Source: Octopus sinensis (Eukaryota). From it: a stretch of 64,000 bases of DNA. Below, piece after piece: positions 26,878-39,477 of this stretch. The notes under the pieces are model-generated. The model was given only the letters and a program-made list of their open reading frames with translations. It was not told where the DNA came from and made no database searches. Where the stretch lies: NCBI RefSeq assembly GCF_006345805.1, contig NC_042997.1:193626001-193690000 (forward strand), written 5' to 3'. Every line of letters begins with the position of its first letter. The first letter of the stretch is position 1. A program made the translations under genes and the position numbers.

Positions 26878-26970
26878 GCCTAGCGCTTATTCTATCCGTC
26901 TCTTTTTCCGATCCGCTAAGTTACGGAGACGTAAGCAAACTAACACAGGCTGTCAAGCGACGAGGGGACA
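26878..26970 (-). mobile_element. 3' half of a degenerate SINE-C (its 5' half may be 30905-31070)
   Basis: cctagcgcttattctatccgtctc..ccgctaagttacgg.gacgtaa..tgtcaagcga matches the SINE-C 3' half. Confidence 0.65.
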
Positions 26971-27221
26971 CACACACACATACACACACACAATCACACA
27001 CACACAATCACACACACACGTGCACACATAAAGTATTTCATTATTGTGTCCTCACTACAACATCATGTCTCATCAGTAGATATAACTGTGATGACATTTT
27101 CGGATAACTGCTTATGATGTGGGTGATATCTTCAGTGTGAACTCCTCAAAGTCTGCCAAGTTGTTACATTTTACTGCTTTCCCTGCATCTCTACCCCTTT
27201 TGTGCATCAGGTACTTGGTTG

Positions 27222-27222
<1 letters not shown>

Positions 27223-27252
<30 letters not shown>

Positions 27253-30200
27253 TGTATGTATGTGACAACCCGGTCACTGGTGGTGGCGTAACACACCATA
27301 CTAATCATATCTGTCAGGCATGTGGAAGAGAGTGTAATTCGGCAGGAGGACTTAAACGACATGCAAAGGTACATAAAGCCCAGTTACAACTACAGCCGGC
27401 TATTACCAGTAAAGGTTTTAGCTGCCAATTTTGTACAAGACATCGTAGATCTTTAGTGGGCTAAAAAGTCACATTCGATCACAGCACCAAAACAGTTAAG
27501 CTTCGTGCAATGGCCATACTCGATAACGAAGAGGCAGCCATCATGTATGTAATGTATGTATGTATGTATGTACGTTTGTATGTATGTATGTATATGTATG
27601 TATGTATGTATGTATGATGTATGTATGTATGTATGTATGTATGTATGCAAAAGTACACATGAAGCCCATTTACAACTACAGCCGGCTATTGCCGGTAAAG
27701 GTTTTAGCTGCCAATCTGTACAAGACATTGTAGATCTTTAGCTGAGCTAAAAAGTCACATTCGATCACAGCACCAATAACAGTTAAGCTTCGTGCAATGG
27801 CCATACTCGATAACGAAGGGGCAGCCATCATGTATGTATGTATTTATGTACGTTTGTATGTATGTATGTATGTATGCAAAAGTACATGAAGCCCAGTTAC
27901 AACTACAGCCGGCTATTGCTGGTAAAGGTTTTAGCTGCCAATTCTGTACAAGACATTGTAGATCTTTAGCTGGGCTAAAAAGTCACATTCGATCACAGCA
28001 CCAATAACAGTTAAGCTTCGTGCAATGGCCATACTCGATAACGAAGGGGCAGCCATCATGTATGTATGTATGTATGTATGTATGTATGTATGTATGTATG
28101 TATGTATGTATGTATGTATGTATGTATGTATGTGACAACCCGGTCACTGGTGGTGGCGTAACACACCATACTAATCATATCTGTCAGGCATGTGGAAGAG
28201 AGTGTAATTCGGCAGGAGGACTTAAACGACATGCAAAGGTACATAAAGCCCAGTTACAACTACAGCCGGCTATTACCAGTAAAGGTTTTAGCTGCCAATT
28301 TTGTACAAGACATCGTAGATCTTTAGTGGGCTAAAAAGTCACATTCGATCACAGCACCAATAACAGTTAAGCTTCGTGCAATGGCCATACTCGATAACGA
28401 AGAGGCAGCCATCATGTATGTATGTATGTATGTATGTATGTATGTACGTTTGTATGTATGTATGTATGTATGTATGTATGTATGTATGTATGTATGTATG
28501 TATGTATGTATGCAAAAGTACACATGAAGCCCATTTACAACTACAGCCGGCTATTGCCGGTAAAGGTTTTAGCTGCCAATTCTGTACAAGACATTGTAGA
28601 TCTTTAGCTGAGCTAAAAAGTCACATTCGATCACAGCACCAATAACAGTTAAGCTTCGTGCAATGGCCATACTCGATAACGAAGGGGCAGCCATCATGTA
28701 TGTATGTATTTATGTACGTTTGTATGTATGTATGTATGTATGCAAAAGTACATGAAGCCCAGTTACAACTACAGCCGGCTATTGCTGGTAAAGGTTTTAG
28801 CTGCCAATTCTGTACAAGACATTGTAGATCTTTAGCTGAGCTAAAAAGTCACATTCGATCACAGCACCAATAACAGTTAAGCTTCGTGCAATGGCCATAC
28901 TCGATAACGAAGGGGCAGCCATCATGTATGTATGTATGTATGTATGTATGTATGTATGTATGTATGTATGTATGTATGCAAAAGTACACATGAAGCCCAT
29001 TTACAACTACAGCCGGCTATTGCCGGTAAAGGTTTTAGCTGCCAATTCTGTACAAGACATTGTAGATCTTAGCTGAGCTAAAAAGTCACATTCGATCACA
29101 GCACCAATAACAGTTAAGCTTCGTGCAATGGCCATACTCGATAACGAAGGGGCAGCCATCATGTATGTATGTATGTATGTATGTTTGTATGTACGTTTAT
29201 ATGTACGTATGTATGCAAAGGTACATAAAGCCCAGTTACAACTACAGCCAGCATTGCCGGTAAAGGTTTTAGCTGCCAATTCTGTACAAGACATTGTAGG
29301 TCTTTAGCTGAGCTAAAAAGTCACATTCGATAACAGCACCAATAACAGTTAAGCTTCGTGCAATGGTCATACTCGATAACGAAGGGGCAGCCATCATGTA
29401 TGTATGTATGTATGTATGTATGTTTGTATGTACGTTTATATGTACGTATGTATGCAAAGGTACATAAAGCCCAGTTACAACTACAGCCAGCTATTGCCGG
29501 TAAAGGTTTTAGCTGCCAATTCTGTACAAGACATTGTAGGTCTTTAGCTGAGCTAAAAAGTCACATTCGATAACAGCACCAATAACAGTTAAGCTTCGTG
29601 CAATGGTCATACTCGATAACGAAGGGGCAGCCATCATGTATGTATGTATGTATGTATGTATGTTGTATGTACGTTTATATGTACGTATGTATGCAAAGGT
29701 ACATAAAGCCCAGTTACAACTACAGCCAACTATTGCCGGTAAAGGTTTTAGCTGCCAATTCTGTACAAGACATTGTAGGTCTTTAGCTGAGCTAAAAAGT
29801 CACATTCGATAACAGCACCAATAACAGTTAAGCTTCGTGCAATGGCCATACTCGATAACGAAGGGGCAGCCATCATGTATGTATGTATGTATGTATGTAT
29901 GTATGTATGTATGTACGTTTGTATGTATGTATGTATGTATGTATGTATGTATGTATGTATGTATGTATGTATGTATGTATGTATGCAAAAGTACACATGA
30001 AGCCCATTTACAACTACAGCCGGCTATTGCCGGTAAAGGTTTTAGCTGCCAATTCTGTACAAGACATTGTAGATCTTTAGCTGAGCTAAAAAGTCACATT
30101 CGATCACAGCACCAATAACAGTTAAGCTTCGTGCAATGGCCATACTCGATAACGAAGGGGCAGCCATCATGTATGTATGTATGTATGTATGTTTGTATGT

Positions 30201-30894
30201 ACGTTTATATGTACGTATGTATGCAAAGGTACATAAAGCCCAGTTACAACTACAGCCAGCTATTGCCGGTAAAGGTTTTAGCTGCCAATTCTGTACAAGA
30301 CATTGTAGGTCTTTAGCTGAGCTAAAAAGTCACATTCGATAACAGCACCAATAACAGTTAAGCTTCGTGCAATGGCCATACTCGATAACGAAGGGGCAGC
30401 CATCATGTATGTATGTATGTATGTATGTTTGTATGTACGTTTATATGTACGTATGTATGCAAAGGTACATAAAGCCCAGTTACAACTACAGCAGCTATTG
30501 CCGGTTAAAGGTTTTAGCTGCCAATTCTGTACAAGACATTGTAGGTCTTTAGCTGAGCTAAAAAGTCACATTCGATCACAGCACCAATAACAGTTAAGCT
30601 TCGTGCAATGGCCATACTCGATAACGAAGGGGCAGCCATCATGTATGTATGTATGTATGTATGTTTGTATGTACGTTTATATGTACGTATGTATGCAAAG
30701 GTACATAAAGCCCAGTTACAACTACAGCCAGCTATTGCCGGTAAAGGTTTTAGCTGCCAATTCTGTACAAGACATTGTAGGTCTTTAGCTGAGCTAAAAA
30801 GTCACATTCGATCACAGCACCAATAACAGTTAAGCTTCGTGCAATGGCCATACTCGATAACGAAGGGGCAGCCATCATGTATGCATGTATGTAT
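27223..30894 (+). repeat. Tandem array of 14 RTE-LINE 3' tips (185-282 bp) separated by (TATG)n tracts of 43-107 bp
   Basis: Units at 27263-27543, 27645-27830, 27874-28058, 28133-28414, 28510-28696, 28740-28924, 28976-29161, 29213-29396, 29452-29636, 29691-29875, 29983-30169, 30221-30405, 30457-30641, 30693-30877; fingers CQACGRECNSAGGLKRHAKVH and CQFCTRHCRSLAGLKSHIRSQH, then TAA. Confidence 0.9.
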
Positions 30895-30904
30895 CTGTGT
30901 GTAT

Positions 30905-31070
30905 AGGAAGAATCTCTTCACAGTTTTGTCTACCAAATTCACTCACTCACATACTGACCGGTCTGAGGCGATAGTAGAAGACACTTGCCCAAAGTCTTGC
31001 ACAACGGAACTGAACCCGAAATCACGAGGTTGCAAAGCGAGCTTCTTAGCCTCATAGCCATGCCTGCGCT
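30905..31070 (-). mobile_element. 5' half of a degenerate SINE-C
   Basis: tctaccaaattcactc..gatagtagaagacacttgcccaa..gaactgaacccg. Confidence 0.7.
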
Positions 31071-31696
31071 TATGCTAAAGACTATTTAAATCATGCTTAC
31101 GTTCCACTACCGCAGCCAATATTAACTTTAAAATTCTACTACTTGACTGGGAATTTATCTGTAGGCCCCGAACGGATGGAAAGCAAGGCTGTCCCTGGCA
31201 GGATTTGAATTTACAGCATAAAGAGCTGTAACTAAACAGTGGAGGCATTTTGTGTCATATTCCACCGATTCTGCTAATAAATACGCAAATCGTTGAAGTT
31301 AATTACTCTGGTACGCCATTTGCATGAAAAATACCAGTTAAGTTTGTGTTATAATTAAACGCAGTGAGTATTAAATATCTAATCAGCAATAATTATGTGG
31401 TAAGGAGAATGACTAACATTATTTTAATTATTTCGACACACGGGAGACCACCACCACCACTACGATTACAATTCTCCCTACTACTATAATAACTAAATAC
31501 CATCATACTACCAATTACAACTACCACTACAAGCACTACCACCGTCGCCACCACTATAAATGTAATTACTTCCAAATCAACAATTACAAGAGCCAGATCC
31601 ACTATAATTACTATCACCACGACACCTACTGCAGTTCCAACTACCACTACCGCTACTATCGCCGTCTTTTCTGTTAAATGACACTCCGTCAGTAGT

Positions 31697-32312
31697 GACA
31701 ACGAGTGTTCCAGTTGCCCCGATCAACGGAACAGCCTGCTCGTGAAATTAACGTGCAAATGGCTGAGCATTCCACAGATGCGCGTACCCTTAACATAGTT
31801 GGAGGCGCATGGCCTAGTGGTTAGGGCAGCGGACTCACGTTCGAGGGATCGCAGGTTCGAATCTCAGACCGAGCGATGTGTGTGTTTATGAGCGAAACAC
31901 CTAATCTCCACGCGGCTCTGGCAGAAGGTAATGGCGAACTTCTGCTAACGCTTTCACCACAACTTTCTCCCACTCTTTTCTCCTGCATCTTGCAGCTCAC
32001 CTGCGATGGACAGGCGTCCCATTCAGGTGGGGAACCTATACGCCAAGAAAACCGGGAAACCGGCCCCTATGAGCCAGGCATGGCTCGAGAAGGAAGAACC
32101 TTAACGTAGTTCCCTGAGTAGATTCAGTATGAAACAGAATATGACAAGATTGACCCTCTGAATAACAGGTACAATTAATTTTTAGCTGCTGGGTCGACTG
32201 GAGCAACGTGAAATAAAGTGTCCTGCTCAGGGGCACCACGCGTCGTCAGGAATCGAACTCACGAGCTTACGATCGTGAGCCAAATACCCCTAACCACTAA
32301 GCCCACGCACCT
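31697..32312 (-). mobile_element. SINE-B with tail type i, hosting a nested SINE-A
   Basis: Tail at 31697-31800, head and body at 32099-32312. Confidence 0.75.
31801..32098 (+). mobile_element. SINE-A-like element with tail type iv; TSD ccttaac.tagtt
   Basis: Head ggaggcgcatggcctagtggttagggcagcggactc; tail cctgcgatggac.ggcgtccc..gaaaccggcccctatgagcc. Confidence 0.85.
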
Positions 32313-32520
32313 TTACCGTCTTCTCTGTTAGCACTACCTCATTTACCATCATTATTCTCATCGCTACTGAAATTACAACATCGACAGCTATAGCAATCTT
32401 CACCTATTTCATTCAGTGAGCTACTAACGTGAAAAAAAAAAAACTATTTTATACCATAATTTCGAAACATTTAAAGTAAAGCAAGAAAAGGAGAAGATAT
32501 TGAGCGTGCGTAGGTGTGAA

Positions 32521-32599
<79 letters not shown>

Positions 32600-32764
32600 C
32601 ATAAAGGGAGAAAGTGTTATATGAGTGAAAAAGTTTTGTTGTGTGTAAGGAAATGTGTGTATGTATATGTGCGTGAGAGAGAGAGAGAAAAAGAGTGTAA
32701 GAGTGAGAGAACATTTAAAATACACACCTCTACAGATAATCGCTTTCAGATTAACATGAATTAA

Positions 32765-34400
32765 CAGAGAAACATGAATTTAACGCTGCCATCTTCAAAA
32801 ATTGGGAAGAAAAATTTGTTTGCTTCAATAGTAGAAATATAGCACGTCTGTACATTGCGGGGAAGATTTTGGCGAAGATCATACGCATAAGATTGCTCTA
32901 ATCAATGTAAAGAAATACCACATCAGAAACACAGTGTTGCTTCTTACTTCTTTACTGCCCACAGGGGGCTAAACACAGAGGGGACAAACAAGGACAGACA
33001 AACGGGTTAAGTCGATTATATCGACACCAGTGCGTAACTGGTACTTATTTAATCGACCCCGAAAGGATGAAAGGCAAAGTCGACCTCGGCGGAATTTGAA
33101 CTCAGAACGTAGAGGCAGACGAAATACCGCTAAGCATTTCGTCCGGCATGCTAACGATTCTGCCAGCTCGCAGTGTTGCTTCTGGAGGGATCAAAGCACA
33201 TCTAACATGATCTTTGTTCCAAATTAACTTCAGACGAAATGCAGAGAGTAACACTTGGATCTGTTCGTTTCGTTTGTAGATATGTTGATTGTTTTTCGTA
33301 CTGTAAATAAGGATATTCAGCGATATGTTCTTAGAATATATGGTTACCAACCCAAATTCATAAATCTCCTCCGCCATTTTCCTACATGGATAAAGGTTCT
33401 AGTTATATAGCTTTGCTGAGTGAAAGTGGAAGTTAGGCAAGGTTGCATTCTGTTTCCTTTATTGTTTAATAACTTTCTCATTTTTGTGACTAGACTATTG
33501 CACAGAAAGAAGGAACTGGATGAACTGGAAATCACTTTAAACTTCCGACAGGAAAACAAAAACTACCGGCTCAAATATGAGCAGGCCGTTAAATTACAGA
33601 ATACTGCTCTTGTAGCTTAACCTTAGGAACTCCTATGAGGAATCTTTTCGACAACTGTTACAGTTTATGAAAAATATAGGCCTGATAGTTAACACCCTGA
33701 AAACTGAAGCCACTGTCAATGGCACAATACACCATACTCTACCTTCCGTACTTTCTTAGTAAGATAGCAGCAACTGGTATCCTAAATCGAATACCTTCAA
33801 TGATTGTATGCTAAACGAGGAAATTCTAAACCGCCTCAGATAGGTTTTGCATCCTTTGGAGAGCTCGAACAGAGTCTTTCTACACAACCATCTCAGCTTC
33901 TAATGTCTCTAGAAAACTGATTTAATCAGCTGCCGAATTAGGATTACGAGTTCTTCTATCAAAAGAGAAAAAATATATACCAGCAGCACTGAATCCATAC
34001 AACACAAGCTTGACTGAGATGCGCATATCTGATTCGCGCCTAATTTCAGGATCCTCTACGGTCAGTTATATTATCAATACCCAGTCGGAGGATCACAGAA
34101 ATGGATTCATGACCAGCTGATGACTACTGTGAAGAGGAACAAGGACAGCCCTTCAAGACTTCGCTTCCAGCCCTTTACTTAGGGGATCACACTGTTAGAA
34201 GAAGATTGAAGGTATGTTGGAGAATCGCGCTCAGGACCGATGCATAAACGTTGAGTAATATGTGAATCCTCCTAACCAAATGTTTTCATGTCCCATTTGC
34301 GACCGAAGTTGAACATCAGGGATTGTGATGCGCAGACACTAAAGGATCCACAAATGACGTTGCTTATAACTGGATTCGAACGACCAGCATAAAGAAATGA
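32765..34400 (+). mobile_element. Decayed RTE LINE (RT to 3' end), interrupted by a SINE-D
   Basis: IAGKILAKII..SETQCCF, DMIF..KCRE..FVD, VRQGCILFPLLFN, terminal FSCPICDRS*..H.RIH finger; many stops. Confidence 0.8.
32946..33170 (-). mobile_element. SINE-D monomer; TSD cagtgttgcttct
   Basis: Consensus plus flanking duplication. Confidence 0.9.
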
Positions 34401-35399
34401 TCATGTGTATAGTCACGTGTGCGGTTGTATAAAGGAAAAGTCTAAGAAAGAGAAAGAGAAATGAATGAAAAATAGATGCATGTGTTTGTTATTGTTTATA
34501 CTGCTCATAGTTAAGATGATGATGATGATGATTATGAAAAAAAAAACCTCTATTGTGAATATGTGTTGTTATCATAAATAATACAACCACTAGCAAAAAT
34601 ATGATGAAAATTGCCAAAAAACGTAAAAGTGAAAATAAATTAATAAAATAGATAAAATATAGTAAAATTACTAAAGAAATAAAGTGAAGATATAACAGAA
34701 TGAAAAAAAAAAACTGACGACTCACAATATCAATAATACCAACATCAAAGTTACTGATGTGAAAGGAAACGTCGAACATAAAAACACAATATTTGTTTTA
34801 TATAATTTATTATACAATGTAAGATTTACAACATTTTCCTTTCATTAATATATCCACATTTAATATGTTAATAATAACTCGTAAAAAACATATTAAACTT
34901 GTATTTTATTGATTCAGACATATACACGTTCACAATATGCTGTGTGTGGGCATACTGTTGCTACAGATTTATTCAATAGTCAATTGTCACTGATAATAAA
35001 GAAATCAACCCAGCAAACTAGATGAAATAACAGCATGTAATAGTCACTAGTCCGTTTGCTTGTTTGTTATTTTTCTTTTTGGATCAAAAGTTATTTTCCC
35101 CGATTGATCGAATTGTTGTTCGTTCTGCTATAAAACATACAACTGCTTCTATTTAACTATTTACATTTCGATCGTTAAGTGACTAACATCGTTTTCATTT
35201 TTGTTCGAAATCAATATTTTCATAATTTCCTTACCAAGTACGGAAGACAACTCTGGTCAAATCTTTGGTCTTAATCTGACCTCCTCAACAAAATACAATG
35301 TTCAGCATTCTTGCCAAAGTCGTAGAAGAAAGAATCAGATAGCTACATGTTTCAAGTGCTAACGATTCGGCCTACTCGTCATCTCATTAACTAATAACA

Positions 35400-35965
35400 G
35401 TGTTTTCCAAGGCGGGGGGATTTCGGGGAGGGGATTGTCGTTTACATCGATCCCAGTACACAACTGGCACTTATTTTATTGACGACTAAAAGGATGGAAG
35501 GCAAAGTCGACCTCGGCGTTTCAACTAGTAATATTCTTTTCTACTCAAGGCACAAAATTTTGGGGAGGCGGGGCTAGTCGATTAGATCGATCCCAGTACG
35601 CAACTAGTACTTAATTTATCGAGCCCCGAGAGGATGAAAGGCAAAGTCGACCTCGGCAGAATTTGAACTCAGAACGTAAATACAGACGAAATACTGCTAA
35701 GCACTTCGCCCGGGGCGCTAACGTTTCTTATTTCTTTACTGCCCACAAGAGGCTACACACTGAGGGGCAAACAAGGACAGACAAACGGATTAAGTCGATT
35801 ATATCGACTCCAGTGCATAACTGGTACTAACATTTCGTCCGTCTACGTTCTGAGTTCAAATTCCACTGAGGTCGACTTTGCCTTTCATCTTTTCCGGGTC
35901 GGCAAAATAGGTTTCAGTTGAACACTGGGGGCGATGTAATCGACTTACTCCTACCCCCGAAATTG
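35400..35965. mobile_element. Cluster of SINE-D pieces in both orientations
   Basis: Repeated core motif ggcaaagtcgacctcggc and its reverse complement. Confidence 0.8.
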
Positions 35966-36159
35966 CTGGCCTTGTGCCAAAATTCGAAATCAATATTATC
36001 AATGATTCGCACTCAGAATAAAAACTTTAAATATTTTTTGAAAATTGTTGCAATGAAAATGTGCATATGTTGCCCCTATCTCTGTAGCCACCTTTGTTCC
36101 CAGACCAACAGTTAGGGAGATGCTGGTGTTAACTCCAATATCAACATCTGGGGGATTGC

Positions 36160-36535
36160 TGTTGGTGTTGAGCGAACGGTCTTCGTCCCAGAGCTCGCAA
36201 GATGGGAGAAGTCCGAATCGTAGTCCTTTGCTATTCGTAAGATCTGCAGAAGAGAAAGCAGGTCAACCCCCGGCACCGAAAGCATCGACGGATGGATGAA
36301 TGCGCATCCAGGCTCAGCGGTTGCGTAGGAAGTCGGGACAAGAAACAGGAAGAAAGAGTGAGAGAAAGTTGGAGCGAAAGAGTGCAACAGGGGTCGCCAC
36401 TACTCCCTGCCGGAGCCTTGTGGAACTTTATGTGTTTTCGCTCAATAAACACACGCAACGCTCGGTCTGGGAATCGAAACCGCGATCCTCCGACCGCGAG
36501 TCCGCTGCCCTAACCACTGGGCCATTGCGCCTCCA
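36160..36535 (-). mobile_element. SINE-A with tail type iii
   Basis: Same head as 17115; distinct tail ..cgcaaccgctgagcctggatgcg..gagctctgggacgaagaccgttcgctc. Confidence 0.85.
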
Positions 36536-37295
36536 CTGCTGCTGCTGATAACTCAAACGCTGGACTCTACAAAATGGCAGGATCTATGTAAGTACACATT
36601 TCTTCGTCTGTATTCTTCTGAAGATGGGCATTTGCACCCGGAATATAAAGTTTTTAAAATTAATTTTCTGCATTGTTTAGCGCATTCCTTATTTCTCATT
36701 TCATTCATTTTTCTACTTTTCTACTACAATGCTTCAAGCAACCCACAACGCTCTTCACCCATATAAAATGTTCCACCACCCATTTTGAGAAGAACTGCTC
36801 AAACGACACTGCCAGCTCGTCTTATCTAATCACAATTTACCATCTAAAACAATAAAAAAAGAACGTAATTGCAGAGGTGTTGTCAAATAAATCTAAACGA
36901 GTGACGTAAATTCTAGTCATGAAGTTAGGTTTCGAAAATTACATTTGTTAAAGGCATTAAGTTTTTAACTAGTTTTATCTGACTTTTTAAAGTTACATAC
37001 TTATCAGATTGAAAATAGAAAGAAAATTTTAGCAATTAACTATTTTAACTAGTTTAACAATTTTACATTATTTTCGAAAACACAATTTTTCGTTTTTACT
37101 ATGAAAGATTGGAAAACTATCTTAGAATGTAATGTTGTTAACGTATTTGTAACTAATGGAGTAAACCGCTTTTAATATTCTGTGAAACTGAATATTCTGG
37201 TATTATTTCAAATAGTGTGCCATCAAAGACAACACAAATAGAGACAAAGAAAGCTTCTAGTTTTGTAATTTTTATACAGTATTGTTTTTTACTGA

Positions 37296-37540
37296 GGAGG
37301 CGCGTGGCTTAGTGGTTAGGGTGTCAGCATCATAATCGTAAGATTGTGGTTTCGATTCCTGGACCGAGCGATGCGCTGTATTCTTGAGCAAAACACATTA
37401 TTTCACGTTGCTCCAGTCCACTCAGCTGGCAAAAATGAGTAACGCTGCGATGGACTGACGTCCCGTCCAGCTGGGGAACACATACGCCATCGAAACCGGG
37501 AAACCGGGCCCATGAGCCTGGATAGGCTTTAAAAGGGCGT
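37296..37540 (+). mobile_element. SINE-B with tail type iv
   Basis: ggaggcgcgtggcttagtggttaggg..gcgatggactg.cgtcccgtccagc; flanking tattgtttttactg duplication. Confidence 0.9.
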
Positions 37541-37992
37541 ATTTATATATTTTATTTTATTGTTTTTACTGGCATTTGTGAAGATTTTGCCTTTGCTAAA
37601 ACTGAACAAAAATATTCCTTAAACAATTTAAATAAATAAAAGTAAAATGACAATCATGGTAGTTGGTCTTTAATTTCTTTCTTCTCATTTTCCTTCAGCG
37701 AATCCCAGTGTTAACAAAGTGCAGGAAGGTTTATGCTAAAAACCGAGCTTTCTAAGGAGCGTAGACATTTCGGTAAACACACATGCTGAATTGGGGCTAA
37801 CAGAGAGATCATCATAATTATTACCACCATCACTACCATCTCCTCCATTACCACCACCACCACCATCATTATCTTCCTCATCATTATCCTCACCATCACC
37901 ACCATCATCGCCGTCGTGTTACACATTTCAAAACCGTTTTCGAGAATATCATAGCATGAATAATATTAGAAAAACACCTATAATAAACTCTT

Positions 37993-38670
37993 CCCCGCTC
38001 GCGAAATTTTTTTTTGCCACGCAAGTTCCGGACTCCAGAAATGAACTCTTTTGCTTACAGCCAATCAGAGCTCACATTGACCTTGTTGTACATAAACAAC
38101 TATGCAAAGGCAACCATGCGGATAACGAAGGATCAGATCCGTTCAACCCTCAGGCTATGCCTAGACGCAAAACCCAATATAATATTTGTGAATGTGTCAA
38201 AAACAACCAATCTCTTGGTAAAACACACTCTAGCAAGTAAACTCAAGACGAAGAACGGCCAAGTTATGCCTGATTTTAGAAGGAGACAAGTAATTAGATA
38301 GATTTGCATCTATACCTATAATCGGATTTTGTTAGGGCCTCATATGGTAAAGATGTGGATGGGAAAAGTGTGGGTAGAGGGTGATGTGCGAGCAATCCTC
38401 TCTCCTCTCCTTACTGCTTTACAAAGTAAGCAACAACACAAATAATTACGCAGAGGCAACCATGGTTGAAACAAGAACAAAAATAACAAGCATTATTAAA
38501 ACAGAAAAGAAGCACGGTCATTCCTTACCCAAGTGACCTTATCTTATCGCCCATCATTTGTTATGCACTCATAAATTAGTTTGATAGTTGAGCTCTGATT
38601 GGCTGTATGCATATGAGTTCATAACCGGGGTCCAGAACTCTCGTGGGGAAACACATTTTGCGCCTCGCTC
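37993..38670. mobile_element. Old MITE-like element with diverged terminal inverted repeats
   Basis: ccacg..agtt..ggac.cc....atgaactc..tgc.tacagccaatcagagctca at ~38015-38076 is inverted at ~38587-38647. Confidence 0.6.
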
Positions 38671-38869
38671 TATTTCTTTATATCCTCCCGCCATTTCGTT
38701 GTGTGTGTGTATTCAAATTGCACATGTTGGTTAAGTAGTACTTCCTTTATAGTAATTCTTCATTTTCTTCTTGACTGTAGCTTCCTTTCTTTCTTGATGG
38801 TGGTGGTGGAGGAGGGGGGAGGAGGAGGAGGAGATGGTATTGATGGTGTTAATAATTATGATGATCACT

Positions 38870-39140
38870 GGTGGGTGAAGGGAACCTACATTGAAGATAA
38901 ACCATGCAGTGGGAGACCATCAGTTGCAACCACTGCAACTACAAGTCTCCAACGAGTGGATGTAAAAATCACAATTGGACAACTGGATATTGTGAAGTGT
39001 ATGCCAAGGAGACAGAGCGGATGACTGCTCTGTTTTCGGCTCAGGAAATCATGGTGACTGCTTTAGGGGATGACAAGAAAATTATTCTTGTGATTTTCTT
39101 GAACGTGACTGTACTGTGAACAACGAACGATACATTGTGA
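38870..39140 (+). pseudogene. Mariner transposase remnant, internally deleted
   Basis: IEDKPCSGRPS and SAQEIMVT..D.K.IILVIFL..TVNNERY resemble mariner motifs. Confidence 0.6.
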
Positions 39141-39477
39141 TGGCGATTATTTTTGAGTGGTACTTTTCTATATGCAGCAATTCAAAATTCATATCAATTG
39201 CTAATATTTCAAAAATTCCTAGTGGAGCAAAACGTATGTACATTTGTCAGCACATATATTTATAAATTTTAATATCAATTTCGTGAAGTGTTGCATCTCA
39301 ATACATTGAAATATGACCGTTTCGTTTAAAGTATTTACTCTGATAAAAGGAAAAGGAAAGGAATGAAACAAAGAGAATCGTTAATACAAAATGGTTGCTT
39401 GAATACTTTAGGTTTCAAATTTTGGCACAACGCCAGCAATTCTGGGGAAGGGGATGAGTCGATTACATCTGGTACTT

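Noticed and set aside
27263-30877. Host polydactyl C2H2 zinc-finger gene
   Set aside because: No TGEKP linkers, a stop after every finger, frameshifts in several units, and a microsatellite tail typical of a LINE 3' end.
27223-30894. CRISPR-like repeat-spacer array
   Set aside because: Repeats are ~185 bp, spacers are only (TATG)n variants rather than unique sequence, there are no cas genes, and the context is eukaryotic.
34489-34779. Hydrophobic 96-aa ORF (membrane protein?)
   Set aside because: Arises from T-rich composition on that strand; no motif or splice support.
35230-35320. Minus-strand exon with a TG|GTAAGG donor
   Set aside because: The candidate 75-nt exon has stops in all three frames.
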